From an uncultured virus (IMG/VR IMGVR_UViG_3300025174_000006) (taxonomy: Duplodnaviria; Heunggongvirae; Uroviricota; Caudoviricetes), in IMG/VR virus record IMGVR_UViG_3300025174_000006: 20,000 bases of DNA; one strand, given 5' to 3'. Below the pieces are notes generated by a model. That model was not told the origin of the DNA and searched no databases. It saw only the letters and a program-made list of their open reading frames with translations. Shown here in pieces: positions 9,661-14,879 of this stretch (position 1 is its first letter; each line of letters starts with the position of its first letter). The translations under genes were made by a program, and so were the position numbers.

Positions 9661-10116
9661 ATGAGAAACATCAGAAAAATGATAAGGAAAATTTTAACAG
9701 AAGAATTAAAACCCACTGTTGTGTACTCAGCTGTTGTTATTGAGAGATTTGAAGATATTGGGAAGTTGGATTTGATTTTTAGTAAGTACATCGAAAACGG
9801 TTGGAAAAAACCAACTCATTATCACATGACTATTGGACCGGGAAAATTTCCTGAGAGCTTGTATTTAAAAGGAGATTTAGACAAAGAAGTGACATTAGAA
9901 ATAACGTCTATTGGAATTTCAGAAAAAGCTATTGCACTTGGAGTTTCTGGATATTATTCAAGAAATGATAATCCACACATTACTATTGCTTTCAATAAAG
10001 AAAATGGAGGCAATCCGGAAGATAGCAAAGTGATTGAAAATTGGGGACATATTGATAATTTTTATGTAACCGGAATAATAAGAGAAGTTGGAGAAAATAA
10101 TTTAGTTATTAAATAA
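9661..10116 (+). CDS. 2H phosphoesterase-family protein
   Basis: Two HxT motifs (YHMTI, PHITI); N-terminal IRKMIRKILTEE helix. Confidence 0.75.
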   Translation: MRNIRKMIRKILTEELKPTVVYSAVVIERFEDIGKLDLIFSKYIENGWKKPTHYHMTIGPGKFPESLYLKGDLDKEVTLEITSIGISEKAIALGVSGYYSRNDNPHITIAFNKENGGNPEDSKVIENWGHIDNFYVTGIIREVGENNLVIK

Positions 10117-10120
10117 TTAG

Positions 10121-10199
10121 TACCTTCAATAGGATTCGAACCTACATTTTCAGCTCCGTTACACTTATTGAGTCCGTAGCTCAATGTGGCTATAAAGGC
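10121..10199 (-). tRNA. Atypical tRNA-Arg(ACG)-like RNA lacking a normal D-arm
   Basis: Acceptor GCCTTTA/TGAAGGT, anticodon arm ATTGAG-CTACGGA-CTCAAT, canonical T-arm GTAGG-TTCGAAT-CCTAT. Only 7 nt separate the acceptor and anticodon stems. Confidence 0.7.
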
Positions 10200-10200
10200 A

Positions 10201-10887
10201 TTATATTAATTCATATCGTTTTGCCCACTTTCTCACCGCAACATCACTAACTCCAAATTTTCTACCAAGTGCACAATATGAATTATTTTCTATCATTTCT
10301 TTTAATTCTTCTTTAGAGGGTCTGTTTTTTACTTTTCTAAAATTTAATCTAGGTACATATTTTCTCGTTGTTTTTTTATTTGTTTTATTTTTTTTTGCAT
10401 TTTTTCTGTCTACGCCAATTTTACCACGGCAATGAGTTTCTAATGTGAAATTGCAGTTTGGACATAAAAATCTTAAGTTTTCTAATCTATTATCATTATT
10501 TATTCCGTTTTCGTGGTCAATAATTAAACTAATTTTTTTACCTCTCCATATTTCTCCTTGTCCACATTCTTTACATTCATATTCTATCATGTTATTATCT
10601 CGTATTCTTTTTTTTAAACAAGCCCTTGCAACAGAACTGTTTTCACAAAAAATTTCTTCATCACTTTTCCTTAATAATCTGTCTTCATTAAACATTTTTT
10701 TAGCAAAATCACTACGGTTTAAAAAATGAGAAGTATCTATTGACCATTTATTTAAATTTGTTTTAAGTATTTTATAAGATGAAGAAGAATCGCTTCTTCC
10801 AGATTTTACTATAACATCTCTAAATGTGATGCTTTCAGATACTAATTTTTGTAATTCTTCTTTTGTATATTCTTTATGTTCTTTCAT
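10201..10887 (-). CDS. HNH homing-type endonuclease with C-terminal HTH
   Basis: CKEC...IDHENGINNDNRLENLRFLCPNC and LGRKFGVSDVAVRKW; lies inside the tRNA array. Confidence 0.85.
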   Translation of the reverse strand: MKEHKEYTKEELQKLVSESITFRDVIVKSGRSDSSSSYKILKTNLNKWSIDTSHFLNRSDFAKKMFNEDRLLRKSDEEIFCENSSVARACLKKRIRDNNMIEYECKECGQGEIWRGKKISLIIDHENGINNDNRLENLRFLCPNCNFTLETHCRGKIGVDRKNAKKNKTNKKTTRKYVPRLNFRKVKNRPSKEELKEMIENNSYCALGRKFGVSDVAVRKWAKRYELI

Positions 10888-10944
10888 AATTCTAACTTAT
10901 TTTAATGTAAATAGGTTAGAATTTTTTAATAAAGTAAATAGTTG

Positions 10945-11020
10945 AGGATAAGAAGAGAATTAAACTCCTGTTAAATATGTTTTGCAGACATATCCCGATT
11001 TCAACATTGGGTACTTATCC
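10945..11020 (-). tRNA. tRNA-Cys(GCA), copy 2
   Basis: GGATAAG/CTTATCC acceptor, U73, ATATGT-CTGCAAA-ACATAT, T-loop TTTAATT. Confidence 0.85.
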
Positions 11021-11048
11021 TTGTAAAAATTAAAAAAGTAAATAGTTG

Positions 11049-11124
11049 AGGATAAGAAGAGAATTAAACTCCTGTTAAATATGTTTTGCAGACATATCCC
11101 GATTTCAACATTGGGTACTTATCC
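11049..11124 (-). tRNA. tRNA-Cys(GCA), copy 1
   Basis: Identical to copy 2. Confidence 0.85.
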
Positions 11125-11137
11125 TTGTAAAAATTAA

Positions 11138-11409
11138 AAAAGTAAAATCCTAAGTATAGCCGCGATTTTGTTCTATCTCATCATTTATCTGAAGGTATTG
11201 CTACCAACTGGAGACTTTAAACGTCTACCACGCACCTACCCGACTATCAACAACGTAAAGGTTCCCCGTCTACAGTCTGTTTGGCTTGCATCCTATGTTG
11301 CGGAAGTACATACGCTATTTGTTATAGCTTCTTCCTCCTTTTAAAAGATGTCGCGAACTTCCTCTCGATTTTAAGAATCGAGCGATGAGTCCTTCAGGAT
11401 TTTACTTTT
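11138..11409 (-). ncRNA. rnpB: Minimal RNase P RNA (~270 nt)
   Basis: Long P1 (GTAAAATCCTGA/TTAGGATTTTAC) and P2 (CTCATC/GATGAG). Conserved blocks GAGGAAGTTCGCG, GCAAGCCAAACAG, GGGTAGGTGC, AGATAAATGA and AACAAAATCGCGGCTATA occur in bacterial RNase P order. Confidence 0.9.
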
Positions 11410-11413
11410 CTTG

Positions 11414-11485
11414 AGGCTCCACTGACAATCGATGTCAGGACTCAAATTTACAAGATTCGTGTTTTGCCACTTAAACTACGGAGCC
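11414..11485 (-). tRNA. tRNA-Thr(TGT)
   Basis: Cloverleaf GGCTCCG/TGGAGCC, anticodon loop CTTGTAA, T-loop ATCGATT. Confidence 0.9.
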
Positions 11486-11501
11486 ATTATTTGTTCTTAT
11501 G

Positions 11502-11575
11502 TGGAATCTACCGGCATTGAACCGGTCTCTCAGGCGTGCAAGGCAAGTGTTCTAAGCCAAATGAACTAAGACCCC
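11502..11575 (-). tRNA. tRNA-Ala(TGC)
   Basis: G3:U70, anticodon loop CTTGCAC; anticodon stem has two mismatches. Confidence 0.85.
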
Positions 11576-11613
11576 AATTTAATTTGTTCAAAGTACAAAT
11601 TATTAAAAACTTT

Positions 11614-11689
11614 TGGCGAGTATGACCGGTCCTGACCCGGCGACCTCCTCATAGACAGTGAGGCATTCTTCCAACTGAACTACACACTC
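11614..11689 (-). tRNA. tRNA-Asp(GTC)
   Basis: CCTCA-CTGTCTA-TGAGG, G73, encoded CCA, T-loop GTCAGGA. Confidence 0.9.
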
Positions 11690-11701
11690 ATTATTTTTTA
11701 A

Positions 11702-12010
11702 AAAAGTAAGACGCCATTTCGCTGATAGCGTTTTTTGTGTTCTGTTTAATGCGCCAAAGAACATCTGATTATGTTCAGCATTTAGCGTTCATGCTTGGTT
11801 ATTATAACATACTAACATTCCTAATATTGTCTGATTACCTATTTTGAGTTTGCATAGTAGGTTGATTTTTATTTCCAGGGTAAAAATCAACAAACAAACC
11901 TAACGTCTGATAAACTTTATTTTTCATCCGGTAAACGTTTTGTACATTGTTTAGTTCATTAGGCTAAAACAACACGTCTTTTTCACGGACAACATTAGTA
12001 ACTTACTTTT
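11702..12010 (-). ncRNA. Unidentified ~310-nt structured RNA
   Basis: Ends pair (AAAAGTAAG/CTTACTTTT), multiple nested helices, no long ORF; sits between tRNA-Ile and tRNA-Asp. Confidence 0.7.
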
Positions 12011-12014
12011 CTTG

Positions 12015-12088
12015 TAGTGCATCTGAGAATTGAACTCAGTACTTCCACGTTATCGGCGTGGCACTCTGGACCGATGAGTTAATGCACT
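12015..12088 (-). tRNA. tRNA-Ile(GAT)
   Basis: AGTGCAT/ATGCACT, CCACG-CCGATAA-CGTGG (C33). Confidence 0.9.
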
Positions 12089-12102
12089 GTTTTTATTTAA
12101 AG

Positions 12103-12175
12103 TCTAGGTGGCCTGCTCCGACCAGGCGGTCTCCAGTTCCCAAAACTGGCGGATTTCCAACTTTCCCACACCTAG
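12103..12175 (-). tRNA. tRNA-Pro(TGG)
   Basis: CTAGGTG/CACCTAG, CCAGT-TTTGGGA-ACTGG, T-loop GTCGGAG. Confidence 0.9.
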
Positions 12176-12213
12176 AAATTTTGTTTATCTTTCCAAACTG
12201 TCTTTTAATAAGA

Positions 12214-12276
12214 GTTCAAGCTCGGTTATCCACCGATTCGAAGGACTGCATTAGCCTTCTCTGCAGACACTTGAAC
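12214..12276 (-). ncRNA. Small 63-nt three-way-junction RNA with pseudoknot
   Basis: GTTCAAG/CTTGAAC, CTGCA/TGCAG and TCGGT/ACCGA stems; loop GAAGG pairs with downstream CCTTC. Confidence 0.6.
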
Positions 12277-12278
12277 AT

Positions 12279-12354
12279 TGGAGCGAAAAACCAGGTTCAA
12301 ACTGGCGACCCCCAGAGTGGAAATCTGGCGCTCTATCAACTGAGCTATTTTCGC
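12279..12354 (-). tRNA. tRNA-Gly(TCC)
   Basis: GCGAAAA/TTTTCGC, U73, encoded CCA, anticodon loop TTTCCAC, T-loop TTTGAAC. Confidence 0.92.
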
Positions 12355-12443
12355 TTATGTATATAATTCTCTCAGACCATATTACCAAGATTTACTTTGG
12401 ACTCACCGTATTTTAAAAGTGAGCAGAATTGTATTTAATTAAA

Positions 12444-13391
12444 TTATTCTAATAATAATTCATCAATTGTTAAAATTGAATTTAAATTATCTATTGTTTT
12501 TTTAAATATCATTTTAACATTAATGTTGTTTTGTTCTAATACTAAACTCATTTTTGTTTTATCTATTATTGAATAATATCCTTTAGTTTCTATGTATAAG
12601 TTAAAATTTGGCAAATAAAAATCTGGCACATACGTTTTTTCAACACCTTCTTTAATATATTGAATATATATTTTTCTAATCCACAATATTTTATTGTCAT
12701 TTAACCATTGCGACATTTTTAATTCATATTTTCCTCTTAAAGAATATTCTTCACCAATAATATTTTTTTGTTTATAAAATTTCACATGTTTAAAATTGTT
12801 ACTTATTTCATTTTCTTCTAACATCTTGGAGTGAGATTTGCTAATTTTCGATTTTTGTTCAGAAGAAAGTGGCTTTCCTAATTGGTGATGTATTCTCTTA
12901 CCAGTAGCATACATTTCTTTTTGTTGCTCAGATGCTTTATTTACCCTATTATCAGTTTCCTTTGTAAGTCCTCTTGACCATCCCATTTTTGATTTAGTCT
13001 CTGCATTACTGTATTTTTTATTTTTATATTCAACTCCATCCGGTGTATGCATTTGAAATATATGACCACATATACCAAGTTTGTGAAATATTAATTCGCA
13101 ATGAGGACATTTATATTTATCTACATCAACTTTCCAAGATTCATCTACTGTTATTTGTTTTTTATTAACTGTATTACATTTATTATAATGCCTTTCAAAA
13201 TTAGAAACAGAAATATTTTTATTACATTTATCACAACATTTTGTGTTTTTAGGTTTTCCAAGTAAAGAAATACTTAAATTTTTTAATCTTTCTTTTAACT
13301 TTGGATTAGATTCACAATTTACTATATGAGCACCAAATTGTTGTGGGATCTCAAACTCAAAAGACTCTTTGCAATGCGGACAAGTTTTCAT
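12444..13391 (-). CDS. Homing-type endonuclease (Zn fingers, NUMOD3-like segment, PD-(D/E)XK domain)
   Basis: Several CxxC...H motifs, GKPLSSEQKSKISKS and YVPDFYLPNFNLYIETKG. Confidence 0.8.
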   Translation of the reverse strand: MKTCPHCKESFEFEIPQQFGAHIVNCESNPKLKERLKNLSISLLGKPKNTKCCDKCNKNISVSNFERHYNKCNTVNKKQITVDESWKVDVDKYKCPHCELIFHKLGICGHIFQMHTPDGVEYKNKKYSNAETKSKMGWSRGLTKETDNRVNKASEQQKEMYATGKRIHHQLGKPLSSEQKSKISKSHSKMLEENEISNNFKHVKFYKQKNIIGEEYSLRGKYELKMSQWLNDNKILWIRKIYIQYIKEGVEKTYVPDFYLPNFNLYIETKGYYSIIDKTKMSLVLEQNNINVKMIFKKTIDNLNSILTIDELLLE

Positions 13392-13460
13392 ACTTTTTTA
13401 TTATAAATAGTATAAAAAATTGCAGGTTAGAAAATTGTTAGCACGTTATTGTTTTTTGAG

Positions 13461-13543
13461 TGGGAGTTGATGGAGACGAGCCACCCGAGTTTTAAAACAA
13501 CCGATTTACAGTCGGTCCCGCTACCCCTACGGAATAAACTCCC
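13461..13543 (-). tRNA. tRNA-Tyr(GTA)
   Basis: GGGAGTT/AACTCCC, ACCGA-CTGTAAA-TCGGT, long variable arm, T-loop CTCGTCT. Confidence 0.9.
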
Positions 13544-13555
13544 ATTTTAATGTTG

Positions 13556-13627
13556 CACAGACGGTTATAATCGAAATAACTACGTGTAGTTTTTGGAGAA
13601 CTCACCGACACCAAGCCTGTCGTCTGT
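13556..13627 (-). tRNA. tRNA-Trp(CCA) with atypical D-region
   Basis: ACAGACG/CGTCTGT, G73, anticodon loop CTCCAAA, T-arm GTTAT-TTCGATT-ATAAC; A8 instead of U8. Confidence 0.78.
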
Positions 13628-13666
13628 ATTTTATCTATTTTTTAAGCTGTAAGATAATTAGCTAAG

Positions 13667-13738
13667 TAGCGAAAACTGGAATCGAACCAATGTAGACACA
13701 GCTTATGAGACTGGTGGGAAACCAACATCCTTTTCGCA
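13667..13738 (-). tRNA. tRNA(CAT), Met; 1:72 mismatch, possibly initiator-like
   Basis: TGCGAAA/TTTCGCT, anticodon loop CTCATAA, T-arm ATTGG-TTCGATT-CCAGT. Lacks the three GC anticodon-stem pairs of typical initiators. Confidence 0.75.
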
Positions 13739-13751
13739 ATATATTTTTTTG

Positions 13752-13824
13752 TAGCCCCTGCCGGTCCTGACCCGACGACTTCATTCATGTAAAAAATGCA
13801 CTCTACCAACTGAGTTAAGGGGCT
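13752..13824 (-). tRNA. tRNA-Val(TAC)
   Basis: AGCCCCT/AGGGGCT, CATTT-TTTACAT-GAATG, T-loop GTCAGGA. Confidence 0.9.
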
Positions 13825-13829
13825 ATTAG

Positions 13830-13903
13830 TAGCATATATCAGAATCAAACTGATGACCTTCCTCATATGAAAAGGACGCTCTAATCAACTGAGCTAATAT
13901 GCT
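13830..13903 (-). tRNA. tRNA(CAT), elongator Met or Ile2
   Basis: AGCATAT/ATATGCT, TCCTT-TTCATAT-GAGGA, T-loop TTTGATT. Confidence 0.85.
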
Positions 13904-13913
13904 ATTTAAAAAG

Positions 13914-13985
13914 AGCGGGTGATGAGGATTAAACTCACGGCCTCATCCTTGGCAAGGATGCGCTCTATCGCTGAGCTACACCCGC
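13914..13985 (-). tRNA. tRNA-Gly(GCC)
   Basis: GCGGGTG/CACCCGC, U73, CATCC-TTGCCAA-GGATG, T-loop TTTAATC. Confidence 0.92.
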
Positions 13986-14061
13986 TTTTTTGATTATCAA
14001 TATGTCAAATAACTCTGCAAACTTTTAAGTCATTGCTCGACTTGTAAACTTTTTAAGCAAC

Positions 14062-14091
14062 AAAAAACCCGAACCTTTTTTAAGTCCGGGT
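14062..14091 (-). terminator. Attenuator terminator upstream of the tRNA array
   Basis: CCCGGAC-N9-GTTCGGG followed by TTTTTT; the 5' arm overlaps an alternative helix. Confidence 0.85.
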
Positions 14092-14130
14092 GTGTTATGT
14101 TGTTTCCCTTTTAAGTTTTTATATCTTACT

Positions 14131-14259
14131 TCATGAAACAAAATGTTTTAACACACCCATATTATCGCGGCTATAATCGCCAGGGGTAATACACGCATAC
14201 CCGACTGTCGGCATGACTGCCCAAATCGTTGTAATTGTTGTATGTGTTAAATTTTTCAT
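14131..14259 (-). CDS. Putative 42-aa attenuator leader peptide MKNLTHTTITTIWAVMPTVGYACITPGDYSRDNMGVLKHFVS
   Basis: Manual translation from ATG 14259 to TGA 14131. Lies between promoter and terminator and contains the antiterminator 5' strand. Confidence 0.8.
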   Translation of the reverse strand: MKNLTHTTITTIWAVMPTVGYACITPGDYSRDNMGVLKHFVS

Positions 14260-14339
14260 TGAAGATGTTTTCTTTTTAATTAAACTTAAATAGTATAAAA
14301 AATTATTTTCTCAAATATTTCTTTCGACCAATTATAACG

Positions 14340-14372
14340 CAAAGATATAATTAAAGTTTAATAAAAAGCAAA
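14340..14372 (-). promoter_or_regulatory. Bacteroidota sigma-A-type promoter for the leader and tRNA operon
   Basis: TTTG (14369-14372), 21-nt spacer, TATCTTTG (14340-14347), matching TTTG-N19-21-TAnnTTTG. Confidence 0.7.
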
Positions 14373-14401
14373 TTTATTTTCATTTATTTTTTATTTAACT
14401 T

Positions 14402-14464
14402 GTAAAATCCTGATATTCAGCTAAATAATTTTTTGTAAAATCCTAAACATAATCGTAAAATCCT
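14402..14464. repeat. Three copies of GTAAAATCCT (14402, 14435, 14455)
   Basis: Exact 10-mer direct repeats just upstream of the operon promoter. Confidence 0.75.
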
Positions 14465-14514
14465 GTCATTGATAATATTAAACAAAAAATCCACAATTTT
14501 TTTAAGCAAGGGAG

Positions 14515-14543
14515 CCAACGAATTTATTCGTTGGAGTATGTCA
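14515..14543 (+). mobile_element. Possible IS200/IS605-family end-hairpin remnant
   Basis: CCAACGAAT-TT-ATTCGTTGG followed by AGTATGTCA; no transposase or TnpB gene nearby. Confidence 0.35.
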
Positions 14544-14571
14544 GTCAATAATATTTCCTTGCAATTTGTTT

Positions 14572-14775
14572 TTACCAACCTTCTTTAGCAACTCCGGATG
14601 CAACTGCAGCTTCTGCGTTAGCAGAGCTCATTATAGCACACATTTTATGTCCTTCTTTAGTTTCTCCTTTACATACGTATCCACCTTTTGCGTTTTTAGA
14701 TATGATAGGATTAACGAAAGTTTGTTTGCTTTTTAATTTCATACAATATCCTTCTAATACGATTAATGTGCTCAT
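14572..14775 (-). CDS. Small DUF5679-like protein, paralog 1
   Basis: EGYCMKLKSK...KGGY..KGE...GHKM; clearly similar to 16170-16370. Confidence 0.7.
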   Translation of the reverse strand: MSTLIVLEGYCMKLKSKQTFVNPIISKNAKGGYVCKGETKEGHKMCAIMSSANAEAAVASGVAKEGW

Positions 14776-14879
14776 GATTTTTAGTTTTAAGTTTTTTATA
14801 AATATGAAATATTTTATAAAACAAGTTTTAATATATGTTTATGTTCTAAATTAGCTTATATTTATATAAAAACAAGCTC

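Larger units (their letters stand above)
10931..11146. repeat. Exact 104-bp tandem duplication containing tRNA-Cys
   Basis: 10931-11042 is identical to 11035-11146. Confidence 0.95.

Noticed and set aside
10931..11146. Repeat as a CRISPR array
   Set aside because: Two contiguous 104-bp units with no unique spacers and no cas genes; each unit is a tRNA.
11702..12010. tmRNA, 6S, SRP or group I intron identity for the 310-nt RNA
   Set aside because: I could not find a tRNA-like acceptor/T-arm, SRP or 6S rod structure, or group I core motifs.
12214..12276. Theta (HDV-like) or hammerhead ribozyme at a tRNA 3' end
   Set aside because: The outer stem encloses the whole element, unlike the HDV nested double pseudoknot, and the hammerhead CUGANGA/GAAA core is absent.
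12058..12366. 102-aa plus-strand ORF
   Set aside because: Antisense to tRNA-Ile, tRNA-Pro, tRNA-Gly and the 63-nt RNA; no protein motif.
13642..13866. 74-aa minus-strand ORF
   Set aside because: Runs through three tRNA genes, so it is a chance open frame.
14062..14340. T-box riboswitch as the leader mechanism
   Set aside because: No T-box UGGNACC antiterminator bulge or stem I motifs. A translated leader fits the helices better.
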